Of a stretch of 64,000 nucleotides of DNA, positions 45,299-56,197 are shown in pieces. The position numbers were made by a program, and so were the translations under genes. Origin of the DNA: Saccharofermentanales bacterium. Lineage in GTDB: Bacteria > Bacillota > Clostridia > Saccharofermentanales > DTU023. Each line of letters opens with the position of its first letter. The first letter of the stretch is position 1. The stretch is from positions 13,548 to 77,547 of the forward strand of contig JBMNTB010000006.1 in NCBI GenBank assembly GCA_050945515.1. Reading direction: 5' to 3'. Under the pieces are notes generated by a model. It saw nothing but the letters and a program-made list of their open reading frames with translations, made no database searches and was not told the origin of the DNA.

Positions 45299-45898
45299 TT
45301 AATCCGCAAAAAACTTACGATTTTTCCATAAATAATCTGTTCCGGACAAGACTGTCATAATAACTGCAATTCCAACCAGGATTGTACCAAAAATCTCCAA
45401 AGGCATATTGGGGAAATTCAAATCAGCTATCTGATAAATAATTGGCAATGCCAACAGATATATAATGGCGATCAACTGAGTAACCATTTTGGCTTTACCG
45501 AACATACTTGCTGCGATTACAACGCCTTGCTGGGCAGCCATCAGACGCATACCGGTAACTATAAACTCACGAGCGATAATGATTACCAGTGCCACTACTC
45601 CTGCCCGATCCAAAGCCACCAGGCAGGCAAAGGTAGCAATTACAAGCAGTTTATCGGCTATCGGATCCAAAAATTTACCAAAATTCGATACAAGCCCCAA
45701 TTTTCTAGCGTAGTGGCCATCAAAAAAATCTGTGATAGAAGCTAGTATGAATAAAGTAAGAGCGATTATATGGCCACCTAAGCCAGTCACAAAGCTATTC
45801 CATTTAGCTGCCCAGTCAAAAGGCAGGGGTAACATAAACAGCATGATAAAAGGCACCAGAATAATCCTGCTGATTGTTAACTTATTTGCAATATTCAT
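45299..45898 (-). CDS. pgsA: CDP-diacylglycerol-glycerol-3-phosphate 3-phosphatidyltransferase
   Basis: CDP-alcohol phosphatidyltransferase motif DFFDGHYARKLGLVSNFGKFLDPIADK, and four or more TM helices. Confidence 0.9.
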   Translation of the reverse strand: MNIANKLTISRIILVPFIMLFMLPLPFDWAAKWNSFVTGLGGHIIALTLFILASITDFFDGHYARKLGLVSNFGKFLDPIADKLLVIATFACLVALDRAGVVALVIIIAREFIVTGMRLMAAQQGVVIAASMFGKAKMVTQLIAIIYLLALPIIYQIADLNFPNMPLEIFGTILVGIAVIMTVLSGTDYLWKNRKFFAD

Positions 45899-47231
45899 AC
45901 TCAGTGACCCCCACTAAAGAATAATGATCAGCCTCAACTATTCGTACAGGGTAGCGTCTATTCAGATCCAGGTCAGGTACTGTAGACGCCACCCAGATCA
46001 CAGGATCAACATCTGGCGCTTCGCCGTAACTGCGCCCTTGATAAAGTATATCACCTTCATGGTAATCACTAAAGATGACATCAGTTATCGTTCCTATCCG
46101 TTCTTGACTTTTAGCAAATTCAATTCTACTTTGTGCTAACATTACCCTATCATATCTATTTTGAGCAATGTCAGAACTGATTTTAGGTGTTAATCTGGCA
46201 GCAGGAGTCCCTGCTTCCGGTGAAAAGATAAAACAGCCAAGTCGATCAAATCTGATCTCTTCCATTAAATTCAGCAGAATCTCAATATCAGCTTCTGTCT
46301 CCCCGGGAAAGCCTACCATAACAGTCGTACGCAATATCAAACCCGGCAATTTACTTCGTAGCAAGGCAATTTTTTCCTTTATCAGCTCGGATGTCTCCAG
46401 GCGACCCATACGCTTTAAAATAGTATTTGACGCATGCTGAATAGGAAGATCAATATAGTTCAGAATTCTGGCTGATTGAGCCATCGTATCGATCAGGTTG
46501 CCGGTAATGGAATCAGCATAAAAATACATCATTCTTATCCAGATATCAGGAGGTAATTTACTGTCCAGTTCCTGCAGCAATAAATCCAATGCCGGTTTAC
46601 CATAGATATCTGTGCCGTAACGAGTCGTATCCTGAGCGATCAAAATGATTTCCTGTACTCCTCGAGCAGCTAATGATAGGGCTTCTTGGCGGATATCTTC
46701 AATAGAGCGAGAAATCTGTGGGCCTCTGATAGACGGAATGGTGCAATAGGTACAGTGATTAGAGCATCCCTCGGAAATCTTCAGCCAGGCGTATTGCTGA
46801 CTGGCCGGCACACGCGTACCGCACAAATGCGAAACACCGCCGACACCCCGGGGTGATCTATCCGCCGGCCATTCCCCCGCTATCAGTGCATTAACTGTTT
46901 CAACAATTAGTCCGTATTCTGCAGTACCGAGTATGGCATCTACTTCCGGCAATGCCTCAAAAATCTCATTACCAATCATCTGCGGCAAACAGCCGGTCAA
47001 TATCAGATACTCAGCTTTGCCATGTGGCTTCTTATACGGTACCAAATCTAAAATTACGTCAACCGCCTCAGCTCTGGCCGGTTCAATAAAGGAACAAGTA
47101 TTAACAATTAGCAAATCAGCGTCTCGAGGCGCAGAGCAGGAAGTATAGCCTGCCTCAATGAGTCGCGCGCTCATAAATTCGGCATCAACTTGGTTTTTAG
47201 GACAGCCCAGAGTCAGTAAATAAAACTTCAT
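45882..47231 (-). CDS. rimO: Ribosomal protein S12 methylthiotransferase RimO (radical SAM + TRAM)
   Basis: LTLGCPKNQVDAE, VNTCSFI, radical-SAM motif CSNHCTYCTIP, and a TRAM C-terminus. It lies upstream of pgsA as in many Firmicutes. Confidence 0.85.
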   Translation of the reverse strand: MKFYLLTLGCPKNQVDAEFMSARLIEAGYTSCSAPRDADLLIVNTCSFIEPARAEAVDVILDLVPYKKPHGKAEYLILTGCLPQMIGNEIFEALPEVDAILGTAEYGLIVETVNALIAGEWPADRSPRGVGGVSHLCGTRVPASQQYAWLKISEGCSNHCTYCTIPSIRGPQISRSIEDIRQEALSLAARGVQEIILIAQDTTRYGTDIYGKPALDLLLQELDSKLPPDIWIRMMYFYADSITGNLIDTMAQSARILNYIDLPIQHASNTILKRMGRLETSELIKEKIALLRSKLPGLILRTTVMVGFPGETEADIEILLNLMEEIRFDRLGCFIFSPEAGTPAARLTPKISSDIAQNRYDRVMLAQSRIEFAKSQERIGTITDVIFSDYHEGDILYQGRSYGEAPDVDPVIWVASTVPDLDLNRRYPVRIVEADHYSLVGVTEYEYCK

Positions 47232-47240
47232 TACGCTATA

Positions 47241-47699
47241 CTATTTTCCGGCAAGATATTTGTCAATTATCTCCCTGATTATGGAATAGTCGTAACCTCT
47301 GCTCCGGAGCAGGTTATTAATCTGTTGGCGATCAGTCTCACTCGGATTAGGAAACCGCGCCTGTACTAATTGACAAGCGGAATCATGATCTGTCGGCAAT
47401 TCCTCTACAAGTTCTTCAGCAATATCTCTAGGTACACCTCTTTGCCTCAATTCGTACTGAACGGCAAGTCGAGAGCGCAAGCGCCGCCCTTGATAGTCTC
47501 TCATCATCGCACGACCGGCTCTGAAATCATTTATATAATCAATATCATGCAAATAGTCAATGACAGCTTCAATCAGCAATTCATCAGCACTTTCCCTTTT
47601 CAGGCGTGCTCTGACTTGGCCACTGGATTTGTTCTGTCGCAGACCAATGAATCTAACCGCTTTTTCGCGCAAAGTATCAAATGATAATTCTGTCATCAC
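47241..47699 (-). CDS. recX: Recombination regulator RecX
   Basis: 152 aa of repeated helical RecX pattern (YINDFRAGRAMM..., YELRQRGVPRDIAEE). It lies directly downstream of recA. Confidence 0.8.
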   Translation of the reverse strand: MMTELSFDTLREKAVRFIGLRQNKSSGQVRARLKRESADELLIEAVIDYLHDIDYINDFRAGRAMMRDYQGRRLRSRLAVQYELRQRGVPRDIAEELVEELPTDHDSACQLVQARFPNPSETDRQQINNLLRSRGYDYSIIREIIDKYLAGK

Positions 47700-47716
47700 T
47701 GCCTAAAAATTAGATA

Positions 47717-48838
47717 TTAATCAAGCCCCAGCAGATCATCTACATCATCTAAAGCCAGTTTATCCTCTTTTACAGAATTCGACTCCTCTGACTCCTCATC
47801 AGTTGCCTCAAAATGATCGCGGATTTTTTCTTCAATCTCTTCGGCAATCTCAGGATTATCAATCAGATACTGCCTGGCATTATCACGCCCTTGAGCCATC
47901 TGCTCTCCCTGATACGAGAACCACGATCCACTCTTATTGACTATATCCAATTCGACGCCAATATCTATCAGACAACCAGTCTGGGATATGCCCTCACCGT
48001 ATAGAATATCAAATTCCGCTTCTTTGAATGGAGGTGCCACCTTATTTTTAACTACTTTTACACGGGTCCGGGAACCAATAATCTCTGTGCCGCTGCGCAA
48101 GGTCTCTATTCTTCTGACATCGAGTCTGACCGATGAGTAAAACTTCAACGCTCTGCCGCCGGTTGTTGTTTCCGGATTGCCAAACATAACGCCGATTTTC
48201 TCGCGTAATTGGTTAATAAAAATAACCAATGTCTGTGACTTATTTAATACACCTGCCAGTTTACGCAATGCCTGAGACATCAATCTTGCCTGCAGTCCAA
48301 CCATTGCATCGCCCATCTCACCATCAATTTCAGCTCTGGGGACTAAGGCTGCAACGGAATCAACGACAATAATATCAACAGCTCCGCTTCGAGCCAATTC
48401 TTCAGTTATCTCAAGGGCCTGCTCACCATAATCCGGTTGTGAGACAATCAAATTATCAATATCTACACCTAATTTGGCTGCGTAGGATGGATCCAGCGCG
48501 TGCTCTGCATCTATGAAAGCTGCAATTCCACCCAATTTCTGTGCCTCCGCAATACAGTGTAATGCCACGGTTGTTTTACCGGAAGCCTCAGGTCCAAAGA
48601 TTTCTACAACACGTCCGCGCGGGAGACCGCCAATGCCCAAAGCAATATCAAGTGATAGTGCCCCGGTAGGAATAGAAGAAATCTCATAATCAACCTCATC
48701 TCCCAGCTTTAAGATTGCACCTTTACCATAATGTTTTTCAATTTCATTTAGCGCTGCCGTTAAAGCCTTTTTTCTGTCTTCATTAGCTTTCGGTTCAATA
48801 TTCTGTCTATGTTTGGAAGATTTTTTTGCTCTGGCCAT
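47717..48838 (-). CDS. recA: Recombinase RecA
   Basis: [10 protein letters not shown], Walker [59 protein letters not shown]. Confidence 0.97.
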   Translation of the reverse strand: MARAKKSSKHRQNIEPKANEDRKKALTAALNEIEKHYGKGAILKLGDEVDYEISSIPTGALSLDIALGIGGLPRGRVVEIFGPEASGKTTVALHCIAEAQKLGGIAAFIDAEHALDPSYAAKLGVDIDNLIVSQPDYGEQALEITEELARSGAVDIIVVDSVAALVPRAEIDGEMGDAMVGLQARLMSQALRKLAGVLNKSQTLVIFINQLREKIGVMFGNPETTTGGRALKFYSSVRLDVRRIETLRSGTEIIGSRTRVKVVKNKVAPPFKEAEFDILYGEGISQTGCLIDIGVELDIVNKSGSWFSYQGEQMAQGRDNARQYLIDNPEIAEEIEEKIRDHFEATDEESEESNSVKEDKLALDDVDDLLGLD

Positions 48839-48881
48839 ATCTGCTCCTCTTCAGCATATTAATTATTTCACGAATCATTGT

Positions 48882-48893
48882 GAACGTATGTTC
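48882..48893. promoter_or_regulatory. Perfect LexA (Cheo) box GAACGTATGTTC upstream of recA
   Basis: Exact GAAC-N4-GTTC palindrome, starting at about +1 relative to the candidate recA promoter. Confidence 0.75.
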
Positions 48894-48899
48894 CCATTG

Positions 48900-48928
48900 A
48901 TGATAAGTCAACAAAAATAAACTGTCAA
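48900..48928 (-). promoter_or_regulatory. Candidate recA promoter (TTGACA-N17-TATCAT)
   Basis: The minus strand reads TTGACA (48928-48923), a 17-nt spacer, and TATCAT (48905-48900). The LexA box begins 6 nt downstream. Confidence 0.55.
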
Positions 48929-49023
48929 CTATAAAGATTTTGCTGGCAGTAGTTCCTTTAGTCAAGAAAACCGGCTAAAATAGTAAGCCGTGATTAACTA
49001 AAATGAGCCGCAATGAACAAAAA

Positions 49024-50607
49024 CTACTCAATTACCGGCGAAAAGCCCAATATTCTTCTCACCTCCTTTTGGATGAACTTTGCTTCTCTAAGACCGATAG
49101 CAATTCCGGCAAAATACCAGGTTATCAGTGCAATTCCGATTTTACCCAGATACACCACAATTTGCATTACCTTGCCGGCGGGGTGTATAGGCAGTGTATT
49201 GACTCCCATCAATACAATAGCCGTAATCAGAGATATGAACAGGCAGCGCAGATAGAATGGCAACATCCGATTAGGCCTAGCCTGAGGAATATGTATCTTG
49301 TATAGGGTGGACAGAATTGCCCATCTGATCAGATCGTTAATAATGCTCGCAATAGGAATACCATATAAGCCAAGTCCTAGAGTATTGGCAAATAATATAC
49401 AGAGGACAGGATTCAAAGCCAGAGAGACAATTGAGGTCAGTACCGAAATTCGAGTCACTTTTCGCGCATAAAATGCATTTATTAAAACCTGAATGCAGGT
49501 AGCAGGAATTAGAGAAAAGGCATATATCTGCAACAAACCGGCCTCAATAGCGATACGGTTCTCAGGTATTGCTCCCCGCCACTGGAATATGGCACGAATC
49601 GTATCTTGTGACAGAACGACGAAAATCAGTATAAAGGGCATAACCATGAAAAGGACGCGTCGAAGGCCGTTTGTATAGATGCGGCGCATATTTTTGTAGT
49701 TCTTTAGTGCATGTTCATATGACAAAGTGGGTAAAATAATATTGGTCATTGATACTACTATAATGCCCACAGGCAAATTTCTTGTTACCTGAGCATGGCG
49801 CAAAGCGGTAACTGCCCCTTGAAACTGATGAGCAAAATGAGTTTGGATAATTGAATTGATCTGCATAACAGATCCCGACATCAAAGTAGGAATCGCTAAT
49901 CTAACAAGTGCTTTAAAGCCAGGATCCTTAACGTCAAGATTTGGTCGATAGGGGCGAATCTCTTTTCTCGCCCGCACCAAAACATATATAAACTGGACGA
50001 AGGCGGCAATTACGACACCAAAGGCTACGCGAACCGGTCCGCTACTGCTTTTATCTCCCCAATATAGAATAAAGAAAATGCAAACAATATTATAGATGAA
50101 GGTGGAAAACATCTGCTTATGATAAATCTTGTTGCCGTAGAGAACACCTGCCAGCAAACCGCCCAACATAAGAAAAATTGTTTGAGGAAATAGAGCTCTT
50201 GTAACTCGGACCGCCAAGTCAACAACTTCAGCCGGCTGCTTCATATTGTAGGCCCTAATCAGATAGGGAGCAAAAATTTCACCCAGAATATTGGCACCAA
50301 TTAATACTAAAGTCATCACAGTAATGAATGTGCTTAAGCTCTTCCAGAAGCGCTTGGCCTGGTTTTTAGCAATGGCAGAGCTGAGTGATGGCGTAACTGC
50401 AGCGCTAATAGCCCCGCCCACCAGCATCTGATAAAAAAGATCAGGAATTTGAAAGCCGATATTATAGGCATCTGAATTAATGCCATATCCCAGGACAGGA
50501 ACAATTAGAATCTCCCTAATGAATCCGGTAGCTTTTGTTGCAGCTAGGCTTACCATCATTGCAATTGTCACTAGGGATAGATCTTTTGACAGGCTTCTTT
50601 TGCTCAT
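49024..50607 (-). CDS. murJ: Lipid II flippase MurJ (MviN family)
   Basis: 527 aa with about 14 TM helices. The N-terminal pattern KATGFIREILIVPVLGYGINSDAYNIGFQIPDLFYQMLVGGAIS is typical of MurJ. Confidence 0.85.
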   Translation of the reverse strand: MSKRSLSKDLSLVTIAMMVSLAATKATGFIREILIVPVLGYGINSDAYNIGFQIPDLFYQMLVGGAISAAVTPSLSSAIAKNQAKRFWKSLSTFITVMTLVLIGANILGEIFAPYLIRAYNMKQPAEVVDLAVRVTRALFPQTIFLMLGGLLAGVLYGNKIYHKQMFSTFIYNIVCIFFILYWGDKSSSGPVRVAFGVVIAAFVQFIYVLVRARKEIRPYRPNLDVKDPGFKALVRLAIPTLMSGSVMQINSIIQTHFAHQFQGAVTALRHAQVTRNLPVGIIVVSMTNIILPTLSYEHALKNYKNMRRIYTNGLRRVLFMVMPFILIFVVLSQDTIRAIFQWRGAIPENRIAIEAGLLQIYAFSLIPATCIQVLINAFYARKVTRISVLTSIVSLALNPVLCILFANTLGLGLYGIPIASIINDLIRWAILSTLYKIHIPQARPNRMLPFYLRCLFISLITAIVLMGVNTLPIHPAGKVMQIVVYLGKIGIALITWYFAGIAIGLREAKFIQKEVRRILGFSPVIE

Positions 50608-51923
50608 CCTATTCCTTCCCCGTATTCTGCAGAAATCTGCCTGCGTAAAAGATCAAGCGCATTGAGCGTTGCGATTCTGCGGATTCGGTTGCGTTCTCCT
50701 CTTAGTATAAAATGACGGGCAAATGTTCCTGAATGCTCTGACAAACCAATCCAGACAGTCCCGACAGGTTTACTATCAGTACCTCCTCCAGGCCCGGCAA
50801 TGCCGGTTACGGACACTGCATAGTCAGTCTGCAACAAAGAGCGAATCCCCTCAGCCATAGCAATTGCACACTGCTCGCTGACAGCGCCGTCAGATTGCAA
50901 TATTTCAGCCGGAACGCCCAGTAAAGACTGCTTGAGCTCATTGGCATAGACTATCATAGAACCGGAAAATACACGAGAGGCACCGGGGATACTGGCCAGC
51001 TCAGCGCTTAAGAGCCCAGCTGTACAAGATTCGGCAAAGCTGACTCTAGCGTTTTGAGCAGAAAGCTGCTCTACAATGATTTGTGGCAGAGTTTTGTTTT
51101 CAACAGAATAAATGTATTCCCCTAACCTGGCTTTAATCTGAACCAGCACCGGCTGAAAAATTTCATTCAATTCCTCAATTGTCTGCTCCGCAGAAGCCAT
51201 CACACTGAGCCGTAAAACTACTTCGCCATCCTCTGCATATGGCGCAATTGTTACTGTCCCCTGATCGTGAATAATGTCCGAAATCATTGAGGTCAAACGA
51301 CTCTCGCCTAAACCGATAGTTCGAATATACAGATGTTGCAAATGACGTTTGGTCATAGTACACAGCCAAGGCTTTAATTCTCTTTCAAACATGGTGTTCA
51401 TTTCCAGAGGCGGACCGGGTAAAACAGCCAAATAACGCCTCTTCCCTGCATAGTCTAATTGGAATAAAGCACCCGGCGCAGTTCCGGCTGCATTATATAG
51501 AATTTTAGCCTCCCTGGGCAGCATAGCCTGTTTCCAATTATTACTAGTCAACACATAATGGTGGCGAGTAATTCGATCCCGAATCCATTTTGCAGCTTCG
51601 GCATTAAAAACCAGTTCTGTGCCGGCGATTTTAGCGCATATCTGCATGGTAATATCATCTTCTGTAGGGCCCAAACCGCCAGTTGCAATGACAAGATCAC
51701 TGCGCTCCAATCCTTGCCTAATGACTGCTTCCATCCGCTCAGGATTATCGCCAACTACAGCTTGATAGTAATTACTAATCCCCAGCTCAGAAAGTTCACA
51801 GGCCAAATCGCGGGCATTAGTATTGACTATTTGACCCAACAATAATTCAGTACCGATAGAAATAATCTCAGCACTATAGATCTGCCGTTCTGACTCAAGC
51901 TCCTGTATCACAAGATTATTCAC
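50604..51923 (-). CDS. cinA: CinA (competence/damage-inducible protein; MoCF-like + NMN deamidase domains)
   Basis: EIISIGTELLLGQIVNTN, ATGGLGPTEDD, and a C-terminal PncC-like domain (FAESCTAGLL, VSVTGIAGPGGG). Confidence 0.9.
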   Translation of the reverse strand: MNNLVIQELESERQIYSAEIISIGTELLLGQIVNTNARDLACELSELGISNYYQAVVGDNPERMEAVIRQGLERSDLVIATGGLGPTEDDITMQICAKIAGTELVFNAEAAKWIRDRITRHHYVLTSNNWKQAMLPREAKILYNAAGTAPGALFQLDYAGKRRYLAVLPGPPLEMNTMFERELKPWLCTMTKRHLQHLYIRTIGLGESRLTSMISDIIHDQGTVTIAPYAEDGEVVLRLSVMASAEQTIEELNEIFQPVLVQIKARLGEYIYSVENKTLPQIIVEQLSAQNARVSFAESCTAGLLSAELASIPGASRVFSGSMIVYANELKQSLLGVPAEILQSDGAVSEQCAIAMAEGIRSLLQTDYAVSVTGIAGPGGGTDSKPVGTVWIGLSEHSGTFARHFILRGERNRIRRIATLNALDLLRRQISAEYGEGIG

Positions 51924-52786
51924 TAGTCAGCCATCCGTCTCCGATATGAAGTGAGTGTATTCTGCAACAGCATTGCAATCGTCATCGGGCCGACTCCACC
52001 CGGAACAGGAGTAATCGCCTTCACCAGCGGCTCGACAGTCGTGAAGTCTACATCGCCAACAATTTTCCCATCTGCCGTGCGGGAAATTCCCACATCAAGT
52101 ATAACTTGGTCACTATTAATGAAGTCCGGAGTGATCAGGCCTGCCTTGCCGGTCGCCGCGACTAGAATATCAGCTTCACGACAGATAGCCGGCAAATCGT
52201 CAGCAGGGGTATGTGAATGTGTGATGGTGACAGTGCAGTCCGCACTGAGCAATAATGCAGCCATTGGCCTGCCCACGATGTTACTGCGCCCAATAACAAC
52301 TGCACGCTTGCCACGAGTGGGTATGCCGTATGCCTTAAGCATTTCCATACAACCTAAAGGTGTACAGGCCACCAAAGCCTCCGGATTACCCATCAATAAC
52401 AAACCGACATTGTAGGGATGAAAGCCATCAACATCCTTATCAGGTGCAATGGCAAATATAATTTTGTTTTGATCGATTTGTGCCGGCAGAGGAAGCTGAC
52501 AGAGAATTCCATCAATTCTAGAATCCGTATTTAGATCGGAGATCAATCTTAATACTTCCTGTTCTGAGGCAGAATCTTCCAGTGTAAAGCCAAAAGACTC
52601 CATACCAACCTCTGCACAGGCTTTAAATTTATTTCTGACATAGATCGTTGAAGCAGGATCGTCACCAACCTGGATTACTGCCAACCCGGGAGCTCTTTGA
52701 TTGCTCTTTATCAATTCCTCGACTTCAGCCTTGATCTCTGTTCTAATTTTCTGCGCCAACTTCGCGCCATCAATTATAATCGCCAT
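51923..52786 (-). CDS. folD: Bifunctional methylenetetrahydrofolate dehydrogenase/cyclohydrolase
   Basis: IIDGAKLA, PGLAVIQVGDDPASTIYVRNK, DVDGFHPYNVG, VIGRSNIVGRPMAALL, TPVPGGVGPMT. Confidence 0.95.
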   Translation of the reverse strand: MAIIIDGAKLAQKIRTEIKAEVEELIKSNQRAPGLAVIQVGDDPASTIYVRNKFKACAEVGMESFGFTLEDSASEQEVLRLISDLNTDSRIDGILCQLPLPAQIDQNKIIFAIAPDKDVDGFHPYNVGLLLMGNPEALVACTPLGCMEMLKAYGIPTRGKRAVVIGRSNIVGRPMAALLLSADCTVTITHSHTPADDLPAICREADILVAATGKAGLITPDFINSDQVILDVGISRTADGKIVGDVDFTTVEPLVKAITPVPGGVGPMTIAMLLQNTLTSYRRRMAD

Positions 52787-52832
52787 TAATTTTCACCGCC
52801 TCAAACATTACTTTATCGATCAGAGACTAATA

Positions 52833-55451
52833 TTATGTATCTTCCCCCTCATGCATTGCTAAATACTGTTCCATAGAGATTAGTACCTTTCTAGGTTTGC
52901 TCCCCTCAAAAGGTCCGATATAACCATAGTCGTGCAATCTGTCTACCAGACGAGCAGCACGTGGATAGCCAATAGTCAGCCGTCTTTGCAAAAGCGAGAT
53001 TGAGGCATATCCGGTCTCGACTACCAGCCTTAGAGCCTCATCGAACAGCTCATCTTGCTCTTCGGCAACATCTCGTTCCGCACCCTGCCCTACTGAGCCG
53101 GGATTGGCAATAGCTTCGGCAACTGACGGATCATAATTATCACCGTACAAACTTCTGATATGATTAAGTACATTTTCAACTTCCGCATCAGTAACAAATG
53201 CACCCTGCCCGCGCATTGCCTTCGGAGCACTCTGCGGGAAATAGAGCAAATCCCCCTTACCTAGTAATTTTTCCGCTCCACCGGTGTCGAGGATGGTTCT
53301 GGAATCCACTTGGGAAGCAACACTGAAAGCGATCCGTGAGGGAATATTGGCCTTAATAACACCTGTAATCACATCTACTGAGGGTCTTTGTGTTGCTATA
53401 ATGACATGGATACCTGCAGCTCTAGCCTTAGCCATTAGCCTTTGTATAGCATCTTCAACCTCACTGGATGTAGTCGCCATCAGATCAGACAGTTCATCGA
53501 TGACTATCAGAACCAGAGGCAAATATTCCGGTTCTTCATCTGCAAAGTGTTTAATAACTTCATTATATGATCGAATATCTCTGACTTGCCGTTCCGCAAA
53601 TAAATTATAACGGCGATCCATTTCCACCACAGCCCAGTTAAGGACACCAAAAGCTTTCTTGGGGTCAGTTACTACCGGCTGCAAAAGATGAGGAATCCCA
53701 TTATATACACTCAACTCAACCACTTTGGGATCAATTAACAGCAAACGTAAATCTTGTGGTGAGGAATGGTAGAGCAAACTAATTAATATGGAATTTATAC
53801 AGACTGACTTACCAGATCCCGTGGCTCCGGCAATTAATAAATGAGGCATTTTGGCAATATCACAATAAATTGGCTGTCCGGAAACGTCTCTGCCGATGAC
53901 GGATAAGAGAGGAGCAGCTTGACTTTGAATTTTAAAACTCGGTTCTTCAAGAATGCCACGCAAGAGCACAGGCTGAGTTTGTCGATTTGGAATTTCAATC
54001 CCAATTGCCGATTTGCCGGGGATCGGTGCTTCTATCCTGACACCATAGGCTGCCAGATTAAGGGCAATATCATCACTGAGGCTGACAATTCTGCTTACTT
54101 TGACACCTAGACCGGGTGTAAGCTCAAAACGAGTCAAAGTGGGACCACTTGTGTAATTGGTAACTTTTGCTTCCACACCGAAGCTTTGTAGGGTTTCTTC
54201 AAGCTTCCGGCTCATTTCCTTGATTGCTTTCACATTATCTCTGGTAGGTTTGCGATATCTATCAGCATTCAAGAGACTTAAAGGGAAAGGCTTATATTCT
54301 GTGAATAAGGACAGTTGCTCACCTTTAGTACCGGCTTTTTTGACACTTCTGTCCACTGCCCCGTTGCTGCGATCCTGCCAATTGCTACGGCTATAGTCCG
54401 ATTCGGAGCCTGGCGCAGCAACGTTTTTAGGCTGTTTATCTTTGCCGGTATCCTTATGAGTTAATACATCATGTTCAATCGAGATCGTTTGCCCACTGCC
54501 AGGTTCTGCAGACAAGCCATCCGTCCTTAGGGAATTACCTGGCAATTGCGCCCGATACATAGGATAGTCTATATTGCCTTGATCATAGTCGCCTGCATTT
54601 TCACGCAGATCACCTTGAGGCAGATTATATTTGACCTGATCTGTCGAATCAGGTCTTAGAGCCGGTTCATGACCGGCAGTCCGTCTTAAATTATCCGGAT
54701 AATCAAGTCCGTCATAATTTGTATTAATGCTGTTCACTGATCCCTGATCTAACCAATATCTGTCTCCTAATTCGTCATACTGTCTATCTGCAACTCCCCG
54801 TTCTCTTCGGTCCTGAATCTTAGTGCGAATACTGCTGCCAACTCTGACCTGTGTATCTTTTAATACACGTGCCGACTTACGTACGTAAGCTGTATAAGAC
54901 ACATTAAAGATCAGCACTGCAAAAGCAAGCGTCATAGCAATTAAAATAATCATAGCTCCCGTCTTACCAGCTATAGTCTGCAGACCTAAGCCAATTAAAC
55001 CGCCAATCAGACCACCGCTCCAAATCCCTGTGGTCGTGCCATCTCCAAGACCTGACCCATGATTCCAGAGTTTGCCTATGAGTTGCATGGCAGAAAGATT
55101 GTTTTCAGCTATCTCGGAAATAGGGTATATAGCTGAAACCAGACTGACAATTCCGCTTAGAGTTAAGAGGATCAGACCAATACAGATGAGACGGATACGG
55201 GTCATTTTGAGCTCATCAGACAAGAAATATTCAACCGATAGATATACCAAAAAAGCGGGAATAACATAAGCTGCAGTGCCTAAAATGCCAAGTCCCATAC
55301 CTCTGGTGAATGAACCTATAGGTCCGGTCCATTTTTGAGGGGCATAGAAAGCCAAAGACAACAGCAAAGCGGCGGCAGCAAAAAATACACCGTAAATTTC
55401 TTTGCGGATTGCAGATCTATGATTTTCTCCATTTGACCAATTCATAATCAT
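52833..55451 (-). CDS. ftsK: DNA translocase FtsK/SpoIIIE
   Basis: N-terminal TM helices and a long low-complexity linker. Motor domain with Walker A GATGSGKSV and Walker B VIDELSDLM, and a C-terminal gamma winged helix (ASISLLQRRLTIGYPRAARLVD). Confidence 0.93.
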   Translation of the reverse strand: MIMNWSNGENHRSAIRKEIYGVFFAAAALLLSLAFYAPQKWTGPIGSFTRGMGLGILGTAAYVIPAFLVYLSVEYFLSDELKMTRIRLICIGLILLTLSGIVSLVSAIYPISEIAENNLSAMQLIGKLWNHGSGLGDGTTTGIWSGGLIGGLIGLGLQTIAGKTGAMIILIAMTLAFAVLIFNVSYTAYVRKSARVLKDTQVRVGSSIRTKIQDRRERGVADRQYDELGDRYWLDQGSVNSINTNYDGLDYPDNLRRTAGHEPALRPDSTDQVKYNLPQGDLRENAGDYDQGNIDYPMYRAQLPGNSLRTDGLSAEPGSGQTISIEHDVLTHKDTGKDKQPKNVAAPGSESDYSRSNWQDRSNGAVDRSVKKAGTKGEQLSLFTEYKPFPLSLLNADRYRKPTRDNVKAIKEMSRKLEETLQSFGVEAKVTNYTSGPTLTRFELTPGLGVKVSRIVSLSDDIALNLAAYGVRIEAPIPGKSAIGIEIPNRQTQPVLLRGILEEPSFKIQSQAAPLLSVIGRDVSGQPIYCDIAKMPHLLIAGATGSGKSVCINSILISLLYHSSPQDLRLLLIDPKVVELSVYNGIPHLLQPVVTDPKKAFGVLNWAVVEMDRRYNLFAERQVRDIRSYNEVIKHFADEEPEYLPLVLIVIDELSDLMATTSSEVEDAIQRLMAKARAAGIHVIIATQRPSVDVITGVIKANIPSRIAFSVASQVDSRTILDTGGAEKLLGKGDLLYFPQSAPKAMRGQGAFVTDAEVENVLNHIRSLYGDNYDPSVAEAIANPGSVGQGAERDVAEEQDELFDEALRLVVETGYASISLLQRRLTIGYPRAARLVDRLHDYGYIGPFEGSKPRKVLISMEQYLAMHEGEDT

Positions 55452-55471
55452 TCACCACAACACCTAATGGT

Positions 55472-56197
55472 TTAAGCTATACGAGCTGCCAAAAGTATAC
55501 CTAAACACGTCTTAGCATCGGAAATACCGCCATTTAAGACCATTTTTACTGCTTCATTCAGAGGGATTCTCCTAAGTGCTACAAATTCTCCCTCATCAGG
55601 ATGAGCCATACCCTTAGACAATCCTTCAGCTAAAAATATATGAAGCATTTCATCCGAATATCCGGGAGAAGTTAGGGGCGATGCTATATGTCGCCAATCT
55701 TCCGCCGTTAGACCGGTTTCTTCATATAATTCACGTCTGGCACATTCTTCGGGTGTCTCGTCTGCTTCAAGGATGCCCGCAGGTAATTCCAAGGTAAGAC
55801 GGTTAATAGCCAGGCGATATTGTTGCACCAGATATATATTGTCATATAAATCCAAAGCTACAACACAAGCGCCACCAGGATGGCGGACTATCTCCCGACG
55901 TGAGTGCCTTCCGTCAGACAGCAGAACCTTATCAACTTCCACCGTAAAAACACGACCGACAAATTTTAAATCCGACTCGATCACTGTCTCCAGCATCTCA
56001 TCTAACGGATCTGCCGCAATGATTTCATCAATTGACTCGCCAGCCAGATGGACCAAAGGCTCAAGCTCGATTTCAAGTAGATTTTCTTCCTGGAATGGTA
56101 CAGAACCCTCACTTTCCACTGTCGTCTCTGCTTCTGAAGAGTTGATGCGGACAGGCTTTAAGTCAAAGCGCTTCTCATTGTCATCTTGATTCATCAC
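55472..56197 (-). CDS. Nudix hydrolase (ADP-ribose pyrophosphatase-like) with an acidic N-terminal extension of about 70 aa
   Basis: Nudix box LPAGILEADETPEECARRELYEETG and a NudF-like surrounding sequence. Confidence 0.8.
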   Translation of the reverse strand: MMNQDDNEKRFDLKPVRINSSEAETTVESEGSVPFQEENLLEIELEPLVHLAGESIDEIIAADPLDEMLETVIESDLKFVGRVFTVEVDKVLLSDGRHSRREIVRHPGGACVVALDLYDNIYLVQQYRLAINRLTLELPAGILEADETPEECARRELYEETGLTAEDWRHIASPLTSPGYSDEMLHIFLAEGLSKGMAHPDEGEFVALRRIPLNEAVKMVLNGGISDAKTCLGILLAARIA

